Shown here: positions 1 through 9,439 of the stretch, in pieces
How positions within the stretch are numbered: the first letter of the stretch is position 1
How the letters are laid out: each line of letters starts with the position of its first letter
NCBI GenBank assembly: GCA_038227875.1
Contig: JBBRPR010000073.1
Coordinates: 1 to 40,010 of the forward strand
DNA from: Planctomycetota bacterium
GTDB taxonomy: Bacteria > Planctomycetota > SZUA-567 > H5-PLA8
Length of the DNA stretch: 40,010 bases
Direction of reading: 5' to 3'
Notes under the pieces: generated by a model
Databases searched by the model: none
The model's input: the letters and a program-made list of their open reading frames with translations, nothing else
Told to the model about the DNA's origin: nothing
Position numbers and translations under genes: made by a program

Positions 1-435
1 CACTTCCACAGTCTGCACAAGGTCTCGTTTAATGGGTGCTACGTTTTTGGACCGCCGATCGGCCCTCCGCCCTCCGCTCCGGTTTTCGACCGCCGTTTAC
101 ATGCGCGGAAGAAATCCGCGGAGGTGCTTGTGGAACAGTTGAATGAAATTCATCCCGGCATGCCCGCGCTGCTGAGCGGCGATTTCAACTGCCGGCCGGG
201 GACCGCTCCGCGCAAAATCATTCACGCCAGTGGAATGTCCGACACGGAGTTCGCATTCCTGGGCAAGAACGAATCGAAGACGTGGCACTTGCGCGGCATC
301 CCGGTGATCTGCCTGGATGGCATTTATGCGAGCAAGCTGTGGAAGGTGCTGGAATTCAGAGCGGTGAAGCCGAAGACGAAAGTGCAGCCGTCGGATCATT
401 TCGGCTTGCTGGCGACGGTGGCGCTCACGAAGTAA
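1..435 (+). CDS. Endonuclease/exonuclease/phosphatase (EEP) family protein, 5'-truncated by the window
   Basis: C-terminal EEP motifs LSGDFN, LDGIY and PSDH; frame is open from base 1 but the first ~100 nt read atypically. Confidence 0.8.
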   Translation, partial: HFHSLHKVSFNGCYVFGPPIGPPPSAPVFDRRLHARKKSAEVLVEQLNEIHPGMPALLSGDFNCRPGTAPRKIIHASGMSDTEFAFLGKNESKTWHLRGIPVICLDGIYASKLWKVLEFRAVKPKTKVQPSDHFGLLATVALTK

Positions 436-442
436 CTGCTGG

Positions 443-583
443 TCTCACGCAAAGCCGTTAAGACGCAAAGAACGGCCCGAACGGATGGGGTCTGGGACCG
501 GGAGTCGGGGAACAACGGAGGTCGTCGCCAACCTCCCCTTCAGTTCGTAGCTGTTCTTTGCGACTTTACGGCTTTGCGTGAGA
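443..583. repeat. 31-bp inverted repeat pair (MITE/REP-like) between convergent genes
   Basis: 443-473 TCTCACGCAAAGCCGTTAAGACGCAAAGAAC matches the reverse complement of 553-583 with 2 mismatches. Confidence 0.85.
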
Positions 584-596
584 TTAGAGACGTCGT

Positions 597-1709
597 TCAA
601 GCCGAATGAACGCTGACGCCCGGCAACTTCGCCAGCGCTGCGATTTTCTCCGCACGCTCGGCTTCGCTGGCGGCGACGATGGTGATGTGCCCGATCTTGC
701 GGCCGGGCTTTGGCGCCTTGCCGTAGTAATGGGCGTGCGCGCCGGGGACAGCGAGGACGTCCTTGAGGTCCGGGAGATCGCCGATGATGTTCAGCATCGC
801 CGCGTGACCCAGCGCGGCGGTGGAACCGAGCGGGAGATCGAGAATCGCGCGGAGGTGGTTTTCGAACTGGCTGGTCACGGCGCCTTCGATCGTCCAGTGG
901 CCGGAATTGTGGACGCGCGGGGCCATCTCGTTGGCCAGCAGCTTGCCGTTGGCTTGGAAAAGCTCGATGGCCAGCAAGCCGACGTAATCGAGACTCTTCA
1001 AGACGAGTCCGGCGATTTCCTCAGCGCGCTGCTGCAACGCCTGCGCGTGCGGCGCGGGGGCAAGCGAGACGCGGAGGATGCCTTCGCGGTGTTGGTTTTC
1101 AACGAGCGGGTAAAAGACGGTCTGGCCGCTCACGGATCGCGCAGAGAGAATCGAGAGCTCGCGTTCGAACTTCACGAAGCCTTCGAGAATCAGGTCGACG
1201 CCCTTGAGCGATTCGAAGACGCGGTCGACATCCGCCTGCGAGCGGAGCACGGCCTGGCCTTTGCCGTCATAGCCCATGCGCCGCGTTTTCAGGACGGCAG
1301 GAAAGCCGATGCGGTCGAGCGCGGCCTGCAATTCGATTCGCGAGACGACGGGGACGAACGGCGGCGTCTCGACGCCGAGCTTGTTGAAGAGCGTCTTTTC
1401 GTTCAGGCGGTCCTGCGCCGTTTCCAGCGCCTGCGGCGGCGGGTAGACGGGGACGTGTTCCTTTAAGTGGCGCGCGGAGACGACGGGGACGTTTTCGAAT
1501 TCGTAGGTGACAACTTTCAAATCCCGGGCGAACGCATCGAGTCGCGGGAGATCGTCGAAATCGCAGTTCTGCAGTTCGGCTAATTGCCCGGCCGGCGCTT
1601 TCACCGACGGATCGACCAGCCGGAAACGCAGGCCCAGCGGATATCCAGACTGCGCCAACATGCGCCCCAATTGCCCGCCGCCGAGAATGCCCACCACGTC
1701 CTGCTTCAT
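597..1709 (-). CDS. purK: N5-carboxyaminoimidazole ribonucleotide synthase (ATP-grasp)
   Basis: GILGGGQLGRML, TYEFENVP, GYDGKGQ, NEMAPRVHNSGHWT, SQFENHLRA, GRKIGH; downstream of purE. Confidence 0.97.
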   Translation of the reverse strand: MKQDVVGILGGGQLGRMLAQSGYPLGLRFRLVDPSVKAPAGQLAELQNCDFDDLPRLDAFARDLKVVTYEFENVPVVSARHLKEHVPVYPPPQALETAQDRLNEKTLFNKLGVETPPFVPVVSRIELQAALDRIGFPAVLKTRRMGYDGKGQAVLRSQADVDRVFESLKGVDLILEGFVKFERELSILSARSVSGQTVFYPLVENQHREGILRVSLAPAPHAQALQQRAEEIAGLVLKSLDYVGLLAIELFQANGKLLANEMAPRVHNSGHWTIEGAVTSQFENHLRAILDLPLGSTAALGHAAMLNIIGDLPDLKDVLAVPGAHAHYYGKAPKPGRKIGHITIVAASEAERAEKIAALAKLPGVSVHSA

Positions 1710-1748
1710 GAAGTCGTCCTGATGATGTGATTGCGAGTGATTCGCCAG

Positions 1749-2252
1749 CTACTTTTTCGTCGCGGCGACTGCCGGGTCGCCGACGTCGAGCACCTTCTGT
1801 GTCTGCGCTTTGCGGAAGGCGTGGAGCGCCTTGCGGAACTTCGCGTACTTGTTTCCGAGCATCGCCGTGGCCAGCAGCGCCGCATTGGCCGCGCCGGCCG
1901 GACCGATCGCGAGCGTGCCGACGGGAATGCCCGATGGCATCTGCACGATCGAGAGCAGCGAATCGACGCCGCGGAGCATTTTGGATTCGACGGGCACGCC
2001 GAGCACCGGCAGCACGGTTTTGGACGCCGCCATTCCAGGCAGATGCGCAGCGCCACCGGCACCGGCGATGATCACTTCCAAGCCGCGTTTCTCGGCCGAG
2101 CCGGCGTACTCAAAGAGCAGATCGGGCGTGCGGTGCGCGGAGACGACTTTGGTTTCGTAGGGAACGCCGAGCTGGTCGAGCATCTGCGCGGCGGCGGACA
2201 TGGTTTCCCAATCGGAAGTCGAGCCCATAATAATGCCGACGAGTGGCCGCAT
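1749..2252 (-). CDS. purE: N5-CAIR mutase
   Basis: [43 protein letters not shown]; start moved to ATG 2252 with AGAGGAG RBS. Confidence 0.97.
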   Translation of the reverse strand: MRPLVGIIMGSTSDWETMSAAAQMLDQLGVPYETKVVSAHRTPDLLFEYAGSAEKRGLEVIIAGAGGAAHLPGMAASKTVLPVLGVPVESKMLRGVDSLLSIVQMPSGIPVGTLAIGPAGAANAALLATAMLGNKYAKFRKALHAFRKAQTQKVLDVGDPAVAATKK

Positions 2253-2461
2253 TGCATCTCCTCTGAAGTCGTGAAAAATCGCGTCGCCACGTTGTACAAA
2301 CATCGCGGCACGACGGCAACGGAGGAAGTGATGAACTCGGAGAGATCTGAGTGATGAATATTACGTGGATGCGTGTCGTTTAAGATGCACGCACAGCTTG
2401 CTCAGAATTCAGCATATGACCCATTGGTCATATGTCGGCTACCGGAAGACCTTCGAAAAAT

Positions 2462-2668
2462 TTAGTAGTAGCGACCGCTAATGCTGGCGGTGCGGCGGTG
2501 CGCCTGGTGTTGGTGCCGACGTCGGTCGTAGCGGCGCGCGGGCGGCTTCGGTTCGAAAGCGCTCCACAACATCGCGACGGCCAGACCGATGCCCAGACCG
2601 GCGATCAAAACAACCAACCACGGTTCGTTGACCGTGTTCACTGCGTAAGTGGCTAAGATAGTATTCAC
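2462..2668 (-). CDS. Small single-pass membrane protein with Arg/His-rich tail (68 aa)
   Basis: GTG start 8 nt after an AAGGAG RBS; hydrophobic WLVVLIAGLGIGLAVAMLW followed by a basic tail. Confidence 0.55.
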   Translation of the reverse strand: MNTILATYAVNTVNEPWLVVLIAGLGIGLAVAMLWSAFEPKPPARRYDRRRHQHQAHRRTASISGRYY

Positions 2669-3001
2669 GGCTTGCACTCCTTCTTCGTTTACCCCACCTA
2701 ACTATACCTCTTGAAACAACCACTTGCACGTGTGCGTCACGTCTTTTTTCGATTATAAATCATTTACTATTAATGATTTGCATGTGAATCCTAAAATCCT
2801 TGTTAATGCACCACGTTCGCACATGGGGCGTAGTTTTTCCTCCAGAAATTACTGCCGGAATTCGGGATCGCATTTGACTCGTGATGTTGCTTATTAACCG
2901 TGTCTCGAATTCGCGACGTGGTCGGTAGCTTTGAAAATTCTACTAGGGACTTTCGACGATTGGGGTATCTCTTAAACCATCACAACTACTTAAGGAGCTT
3001 T

Positions 3002-3979
3002 ATGAACTACCGCGAACTCGGCACGACTGGCGTCAAGGTTTCGGAGATCAGTCTCGGCTGCTGGACCATGGGCGGATTGAATTGGGTCAACGGCAGCCCC
3101 AACGGCTGGGCCAACGTCAACGAAGACGAGATCGCGGCGGCCATCAAGCTGTCTGTCGACCGTGGCGTGAACCACTTCGACAACGCGGACGTTTACGGCA
3201 ATGGCAAAGCTGAACGGATGCTGGCACGCATTCTTAAAAAGCTGGGACTCGATACGAAGTCGTACATCATCGCCACCAAGATTGGCCATTTTCCGGGCAC
3301 GGCCGAACACGCATTCGAACCGGCGCACATCCGCCATCAGTGCGAACAGTCGCTGATCAACCTGCAGCGCGATTACATCGACATCTACTACTTTCACCAC
3401 GGCGACTTCGGCCCCAACGACCGCTATTTACCCGAGGCGGCGGCGACGCTCGACAAGCTGGTCAAGGAAGGCAAAGTGCGCATCAAGGGTCAGTCGGCGT
3501 ATTCGGCGAAGGATTTTGAGAAGACGGTGCCTGTGGTCAAGCCGCAGGTGCTGCAGAGCTGGGCGCACGCGCTCGACGACCAGTTCATCCGGCCAGGATC
3601 GGTGGTTTCGAACTTGATGGAAAAACACAAGATGACGTTCGTGGCCTTCAGCCCGCTGGCTCAGGCCCGGCTGCTCGACAAATACGATCCGGCCAAGCCG
3701 CCGAGTTTCGAGCCGGGTGATCACCGCCAGAATTCGAAAGCTTTCGGCGCGGAGGCCATCGCGGCGCTCAAGCCGAAGCTGGCGAAGTTGAAGGGCAAAT
3801 TCGGCAGCACCATCGAAGACCTGGCGTCGGTCGCGTTGAACTACGTTCTCGCTCAGCCGCACGTCGCGTGCGTCATCCCCGGCTTCCGCAACGAGAAGCA
3901 GGCGGCGTGTAATCTCGCCGCTGAAGGCCACGCGATGAGCGCGGCAGACGTGGAGTTTGTGAAGGAGGCGTTGAAGTAA
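3002..3979 (+). CDS. Aldo/keto reductase
   Basis: MNYRELGTTGVKVSEISLG, FDNADVYG, IATK, SLINLQRDYIDIYYFH, FSPLAQ, VIPG; TAAGGAG RBS before ATG 3002. Confidence 0.93.
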   Translation: MNYRELGTTGVKVSEISLGCWTMGGLNWVNGSPNGWANVNEDEIAAAIKLSVDRGVNHFDNADVYGNGKAERMLARILKKLGLDTKSYIIATKIGHFPGTAEHAFEPAHIRHQCEQSLINLQRDYIDIYYFHHGDFGPNDRYLPEAAATLDKLVKEGKVRIKGQSAYSAKDFEKTVPVVKPQVLQSWAHALDDQFIRPGSVVSNLMEKHKMTFVAFSPLAQARLLDKYDPAKPPSFEPGDHRQNSKAFGAEAIAALKPKLAKLKGKFGSTIEDLASVALNYVLAQPHVACVIPGFRNEKQAACNLAAEGHAMSAADVEFVKEALK

Positions 3980-3989
3980 CGAACGAACT

Positions 3990-4187
3990 GATGGGATCGG
4001 GGATCGGGCATCAGGCATTAGGCATCGGTTAATCGGGATGCGCGCCGCGAAGTCTGAATAGTCACAACGAGTTGAGGACGTCCACTAACGGAATTTTGGT
4101 GGCACTGCCAACTCGCCGCGGATCGAAAGCTTTGACAACCGGGCATCCCCATTAACCGATGCCAGATGCCCGATCCCCGATGCCATC
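3990..4187. repeat. Inverted repeat element built from heptamer tandem units (GGGATCG/GGCATCA-like)
   Basis: 3990-4041 and 4143-4187 are imperfect reverse complements flanking a ~100-bp spacer, between convergent genes. Confidence 0.8.
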
Positions 4188-4189
4188 GT

Positions 4190-5533
4190 TCAGACGTACT
4201 TCGCGTTCCGGTGCTGCGGGAGGAAGAATTCGTGCAACAGTCGGTCGACCTGAAGCAGGCCGTCACGGTTGAGGCGGAGCGTGTCGCCGTCGATCGTCAG
4301 GAAGCCCCAATCGGAGAGCGTTTTCAGCGGCGCGGCGAAATCGTTCAGGACGTCGGCGCTGAACTTTGTGTTGAAGTAGCTGATGCTCGAATGGCCAAGC
4401 TTGAGTTGAAGAATGAACTCGCGGATCAGGCGTTCCTGTGCCGTCGGCGTGAGCGCGCGGTTGATCGGGAGTTTTCCTTCGGTCAGTGACGCGAGGTAGT
4501 CGGGGAACTGGTCGCGGTTCTGGACGTGCGTGCCGCCGAGATGGCCGAACGAGGCGACGCCCAGGCCCAGCAGATCGGCGCCGGCCCAAAGGCGGTCGCG
4601 GTAGACGAACTTTGTCTTCGCCTTGTTCTTGACCACGGTGTAGGCGCTGGCGACGGTGTAGCCGGCTTTTTCGAATTCGGTGAAGGCGTAGTTCACCCAC
4701 GCGCGCTTGGTGGCCCAATCGGCGACGGGCGCAGTCAGCTTTCCGGCGGCCTTCATCTCCTTGTAAATGGTCGTGTTGTACGGCACTTCCATCTGGTAAA
4801 TCGTGACGCTGTCGGGCGCCATGGCCAGCGCCTGGCTGACGGCCGATTGCCACTTCTCGGTGGTCTCTTCGACCATGCCGGCGATGAGGTCGATGTTGAT
4901 CTGCGCAAAATCCAGGCTGCGCGCGAAGCCGTAGGCGCGGTGGATTTCCTTGGAGAGATGCGCGCGGCCGTTGATTTCCAGAATGTGATCGTCGAAGTGC
5001 TCCACGCCAAGACTTAAGCGTGTGACACCGGCGTCTTTGATCACCTTCAGCTTGTGTTCGGTCAGCGTGCCGGGCTCGCATTCGAAGGTGACTTCCTCGG
5101 CTTCGTCCCAGGGCACTGACGCTTTCATTTTGCTGACCAGCCAGGTCAGCTGATCGGACGAGAGGTACGAGGGAGTGCCGCCGCCGAAATAGACGAAGTT
5201 GGCCTTGCGGCCCGCGACGTACGGCGTCTTGGCGTAGAGTTCCAATTCGTGCGCGGCGGCGTCGAGGTACGCCTTGATCTGGATCGAATCCTTGTCGGTG
5301 TAGACGCGAAAATAGCAGAAGTGGCAGCGCTTGCGGCAGAACGGAATGTGCAGGTAGACGCCCAGCGGCGTGGACGCGGCGGGTTTCTGGTCGAGCACTT
5401 TCAGGGCATCGCCGACGTAGTCTGGTTTCCAGAAGCTGAACGGCGGGTAGTTGGAGACAAAATAATTGCCGACGGTGGTGTCTTCGGAGTTCGGATTACG
5501 CGCCGGAGCGGTGGCGACATCGGTGGCACTCAT
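4190..5533 (-). CDS. HemN-like (class C) radical SAM protein
   Basis: YLHIPFCRKRCHFC, YFGGGTPS, RLSLGV, INIDLIAG, LGLGVASFG; HemN-type C-terminal region. Confidence 0.9.
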   Translation of the reverse strand: MSATDVATAPARNPNSEDTTVGNYFVSNYPPFSFWKPDYVGDALKVLDQKPAASTPLGVYLHIPFCRKRCHFCYFRVYTDKDSIQIKAYLDAAAHELELYAKTPYVAGRKANFVYFGGGTPSYLSSDQLTWLVSKMKASVPWDEAEEVTFECEPGTLTEHKLKVIKDAGVTRLSLGVEHFDDHILEINGRAHLSKEIHRAYGFARSLDFAQINIDLIAGMVEETTEKWQSAVSQALAMAPDSVTIYQMEVPYNTTIYKEMKAAGKLTAPVADWATKRAWVNYAFTEFEKAGYTVASAYTVVKNKAKTKFVYRDRLWAGADLLGLGVASFGHLGGTHVQNRDQFPDYLASLTEGKLPINRALTPTAQERLIREFILQLKLGHSSISYFNTKFSADVLNDFAAPLKTLSDWGFLTIDGDTLRLNRDGLLQVDRLLHEFFLPQHRNAKYV

Positions 5534-5542
5534 GACTGAACC

Positions 5543-6679
5543 TCATTTCCCAGGGGAATCCGACTTTCCGAACGCGTAGAGCAGGCCGTCGCTGGCGCCG
5601 ATCACGAAAATTCCGTCGGCGACAGCTGCGGAGCTGTCAATGGCCGAGCCGATTTCGTAGTTCCAGACTTCTTTGCCGTCGGCCAGAGTCAGAATGTAGA
5701 CGCGCCCGTCGTCTGAGCCGACCACGATCTTGTCGCCGGCGATCACGGGAGAACTGTCGACGCTGCCGCGCGCGGTGAAGGTCCAGAGTTCCTTTCCCTT
5801 CTCGCGATCGAAGCAGTGCACGCATTTGTCGCGTCCGCCGATGACGACCTTTTCCTTGTTCACGGCGGCAGAGGAGAAGAACGGAAACGCGTGCGGATTT
5901 TCGAAGTGCCAGACGATTTCGCCCTTCTTCATGTCCGCGGCGATGACTTCGTTGCCGTAATGGCCGACGTAAGCGATGTCGCCGTAAACGGCGGCGCTAG
6001 CGGCGATCGGGTTGCCGACGCCCACGGCATTGGTTTCGCTGCCGCTCTTGACGTCCACCGCGTGGAGCGCGCCATCGCAGCCGCCGAAGATCGCCACGCC
6101 GCCGGCGATCGCGGGAGCTCCGTTGACGTAATTGCTGGTCGGGAACGTCCAGAGCCCCTTCCCTGTCAGCGCATCCATGCAATGCAAACTGTTGTCGTAC
6201 GAGCCGACAATGATCTTGCCGTCGACGTAATTGGGCGCGCCCTTGATGTCGCCTTGGGCTTCGTAGCGCCACTTTTCCTTGCCGGTTTCCGCTTCGACGG
6301 CGTAGACAAGGTGATCGGAACAGCCGATGTAAATGAGTTTGTCGACGACGCAGGGCGAAGATTCGATTGGGCCACCGGCCTTGAACTGCCAGATCTTCGT
6401 GCCGTCGGATTTTTTCAGCGCATAGAGCGAATCGTCCAGCGACGCCACATAGATGCGGTCGCCGACGATGCACGGCGAGCCTTTGATCGGCGCTTCGGAT
6501 TTGAACGTCCAGAGCAGCTTCGGTTTTTCCGGAAGCACTTCCGTGGTGACGCCCGTCAACGCGGGATTGCCGCGGAACATCGGCCAACTCTGCTTGTCAT
6601 CGGCAGCGCGGCTGTTCTGAGCCACCAGCAACACACACGCAAGTCCAGCCAGAACACAAGAAATGAGGATTCGTTTCAT
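5543..6679 (-). CDS. Secreted PQQ-like/BamB-like beta-propeller repeat protein
   Basis: Signal peptide, WPMFRGN, repeated SSP...G..D..LYA...TG...W blades. Confidence 0.9.
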   Translation of the reverse strand: MKRILISCVLAGLACVLLVAQNSRAADDKQSWPMFRGNPALTGVTTEVLPEKPKLLWTFKSEAPIKGSPCIVGDRIYVASLDDSLYALKKSDGTKIWQFKAGGPIESSPCVVDKLIYIGCSDHLVYAVEAETGKEKWRYEAQGDIKGAPNYVDGKIIVGSYDNSLHCMDALTGKGLWTFPTSNYVNGAPAIAGGVAIFGGCDGALHAVDVKSGSETNAVGVGNPIAASAAVYGDIAYVGHYGNEVIAADMKKGEIVWHFENPHAFPFFSSAAVNKEKVVIGGRDKCVHCFDREKGKELWTFTARGSVDSSPVIAGDKIVVGSDDGRVYILTLADGKEVWNYEIGSAIDSSAAVADGIFVIGASDGLLYAFGKSDSPGK

Positions 6680-6682
6680 GGT

Positions 6683-7915
6683 TCACCATCCAGGTTCTTT
6701 GCGGCGTGACGCGGGCGGTTGAGGTTTGACTTTCAGCGTCTCGCGGCGGGATTTAAACGCGGCTTCATAAAGGGAGACGAAGTCGTCGGCGGTGATCTTC
6801 ACGGGATTAAAATTGGCCGTCCATTGGCGCGCGGCTTCCTGCGCCAGCGTTGGGATCGCATCGTGCTGAACGCCGCAATCCTTCAGGCTGTCGGGAATTT
6901 CGGCGGCGGTCAGCAGTTCGCAAATGCGCGAGAGCATCGCGTCGATGCTTTCGGCCGGATCGTCGTTGCGCCGCGCGAGACCCACGGACGCGGAAAGGTC
7001 GACGTAGTGCTGCAGCGTGCGCGGATCACGGCTGTTGAAGCGGACGACGTGCGGCAGCATCATCCCGACGGCCTGGCCGTGAACGATATTGTAGTGCGCG
7101 GTGAGCGGATTGGCCGCGGAGTGGACGGCACCGAGCATTGACTGCGCGATAGCCGTGCCGCCGTAGGCGGAGGCCAGGAGCATGCGCCCGCGCGCGGGAA
7201 GATCGGCGGGTGATTTCAGCACCGTCTCCAGGCTGCCTTCCGCCAGCTTCCACGATTCGCGTGAGAAGAGCTGCGAGACGGCGGTGTTAACGTTGGTGAC
7301 GTGGGCTTCCAGCGCGTGCGTAATGGTGTCGATGCCAGTGTTGGCGGTGACGCGCTGGGGCTGCGACAAGGTCAGCAGCGGATCGAGCAGCGCTACTTTG
7401 GCGTAGGCCTTGTCGTCACCGCAGGCCATTTTCTGGTGCGTGGCTTCGTCGGAGATCAGGGCGAACGATTGGCATTCACTGCCGGTGCCGGCGGTGGTCG
7501 GGATGGCGATCAGCGGGAGCATCGCCTTGGCGGCCTTGTTGACGCCCCAGTAGTCGGCCATCTTGCCGCCGTTGGTGAGGATGAAATTGGAGCCCTTGGC
7601 GGTGTCCATGCTGCTGCCGCCGCCGAGTCCGACGATGAAATCGATGTCGTGCTGGCGCGCGGCGGCGACGCAATCGGCGACGTGCTGCGTGTTGGGATTT
7701 TCGCGTACCTTGTCGTAAACGAACGCGGCCAGGCCGGCTTTGACGATCGATTGTTCGGCGCGCGCCGCGTGCCCGGCTTTGGCGATGCCCGAATCGGTCA
7801 CGACCAGCGCGCGCTTGCCGCCGTACTGGCGCACGAGTTCACCTAGCGTATCGATCAGGCCGTCGCCGTACATCAGGCGCGTCCGGGAGTGAAAATCGAA
7901 GCGCCTTTCCGGCAT
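6683..7915 (-). CDS. Iron-containing alcohol dehydrogenase
   Basis: GLGGGSSMDTAK, IPTTAGTGSE, GIDTITHALE, GAVH...VHG. Confidence 0.93.
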   Translation of the reverse strand: MPERRFDFHSRTRLMYGDGLIDTLGELVRQYGGKRALVVTDSGIAKAGHAARAEQSIVKAGLAAFVYDKVRENPNTQHVADCVAAARQHDIDFIVGLGGGSSMDTAKGSNFILTNGGKMADYWGVNKAAKAMLPLIAIPTTAGTGSECQSFALISDEATHQKMACGDDKAYAKVALLDPLLTLSQPQRVTANTGIDTITHALEAHVTNVNTAVSQLFSRESWKLAEGSLETVLKSPADLPARGRMLLASAYGGTAIAQSMLGAVHSAANPLTAHYNIVHGQAVGMMLPHVVRFNSRDPRTLQHYVDLSASVGLARRNDDPAESIDAMLSRICELLTAAEIPDSLKDCGVQHDAIPTLAQEAARQWTANFNPVKITADDFVSLYEAAFKSRRETLKVKPQPPASRRKEPGW

Positions 7916-7918
7916 CGT

Positions 7919-9358
7919 TTATCCGCGCCTTTCGCTGACCAGAATCGCCCGCTGGCGGTAAAGAAATTCGAACAGGTTTCCTTCGTGTGGCTGATCCCAC
8001 GCCACCTGGATCGTCGAAATCGGGCCGATGTTCAAGCGGTCCACGAGAGGAGAACACAGCAGCGCGTCGGTAAATTCCGCGTCCTTCGTGATCGCCGTCA
8101 CCACCAGCGAATGGCCGATGGTATTGAGCATATCCTTTTGGGGCACTTCTACAACACTGGCGTAGGGAAACAAAAATTCGCGGTTGGCCAGCGGATGGGC
8201 GAAGTTTTCGCAGTACACGATGGTCGGGCGCATGTACGTGCCGCCGTCGAGCACCTGCTTGCGGGGGCCGCCGCGGTATTCAGCAGTGACTTCCCGCGCG
8301 CCGGGGGTTTTCAGGCCTTCGTTGAGCGTGTCGTCGATCCAGTCGGCCATCTTGACGTTGGCGAAACCGGAGAGCGCCGCCGCCGGATCATCTGGCGTTT
8401 TCGCGCCGACGGGGCCGAGGCGTTTGCCGAGCTCTTCGGCGATTTCGCGGCCGTGGCGCGGGACGATCACCGCCGAGGCATTGACGCAGCTTCGGCCGCC
8501 GTTGCGCGAAATCGAATCGACGATCACGTCCATGTAATCGCGCCATGAATCGATGCAGTCTTCGCCGATGAGGATCTTGCTGCGCCCCGGCCCGTGAATC
8601 TGGACGCTCGGGTTGTTGGCCCAGCGCGCGGTGGTACCTTCATCGCCGAAGAGCAGCGCACGGCCGCAGGAGTTGACGATCTCCGCTGCGCCTTCGTGAT
8701 CGGTGGGATAGAAACCGAAGGCTTCGGCCGGAACGCCGGCCTTGATGAAGGCCTGGATGATGCGGAACGGCGTCCACGGTTCTTCGCGGCCGGGCTTCAA
8801 GATCACGGGAATCTTCAGCGCGATGGCCGGAATCCAGAGCGAATTGACTCCCGGCGAATTGCTCGGCAGGACCGCGCCCAGCGACTGCGTCACGGGAAAA
8901 AAGCTTACCGGTGCGCCGGCCTGTTCGCCGAGGCCTTCGTCGAGCGCGCGGAGATCGAGGCCGCGCGTCAGGCCTTTCAAAATCGTGCGCATTTCGACGA
9001 AGACGTGGTGAACCTTCTTCATGTTCTGCCGAACCATGTTGTGCGGCAGTCCGCTGGAGGCGGAGAGTGTCTTCACGTATTCATCGGGTGTCTGAGTCGC
9101 GCCTTCACCGACGGGCAGCGTGCCTTCCAGGAACAGTTGTCCGGCCTTGGCGCAGAGGGCGATCAGTTCTTCGGACTTCAATTTTCGCAATGCCGCGCGC
9201 GAAGCGGCGTACTTCGGCAGATCGCGCTTCACGATGCCGGCGTTGACCTGGCTCACGGCGGCGAGCTTTTCGCCGCTGCGGTGGTCGATGACGTCGGTGG
9301 TGTCAAGGCTGACGTAAGGCTTGCCGAGGCGAAGTGCGGGGATGCTTAACGGAGTCAT
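7919..9358 (-). CDS. ALDH-fold protein, GriD/EhpG-like acyl reductase candidate
   Basis: LPSNSPG, LKPGREEP, NGGRSCVNAS (catalytic Cys), REFLFP; HGPGRSK replaces ELGGK; start 9358 or 9379 is ambiguous because of the heptamer repeat. Confidence 0.85.
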   Translation of the reverse strand: MTPLSIPALRLGKPYVSLDTTDVIDHRSGEKLAAVSQVNAGIVKRDLPKYAASRAALRKLKSEELIALCAKAGQLFLEGTLPVGEGATQTPDEYVKTLSASSGLPHNMVRQNMKKVHHVFVEMRTILKGLTRGLDLRALDEGLGEQAGAPVSFFPVTQSLGAVLPSNSPGVNSLWIPAIALKIPVILKPGREEPWTPFRIIQAFIKAGVPAEAFGFYPTDHEGAAEIVNSCGRALLFGDEGTTARWANNPSVQIHGPGRSKILIGEDCIDSWRDYMDVIVDSISRNGGRSCVNASAVIVPRHGREIAEELGKRLGPVGAKTPDDPAAALSGFANVKMADWIDDTLNEGLKTPGAREVTAEYRGGPRKQVLDGGTYMRPTIVYCENFAHPLANREFLFPYASVVEVPQKDMLNTIGHSLVVTAITKDAEFTDALLCSPLVDRLNIGPISTIQVAWDQPHEGNLFEFLYRQRAILVSERRG

Positions 9359-9418
9359 TTTCCATTTTCCATTATTCATTTTCCATTTTCCATCGGAGCT
9401 TCATCACGCGAAGCTCCG
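9356..9418. repeat. Heptamer tandem repeat (CATTTTC x5, one variant) plus adjacent 9-bp-stem hairpin
   Basis: 9356-9390 CATTTTC CATTTTC CATTATT CATTTTC CATTTTC; 9394-9418 CGGAGCTTC-ATCACGC-GAAGCTCCG. Confidence 0.9.
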
Positions 9419-9439
9419 GCGGCAACAGATCGTCCGTTA

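Noticed and set aside
2253..2460. Known purine, ZTP or PRPP riboswitch upstream of purE
   Set aside because: Consensus aptamer motifs not recognised; kept only as an unassigned hairpin finding
4190..5533. Calling this gene hemN or hemW
   Set aside because: Diagnostic motifs differ and there is no heme context
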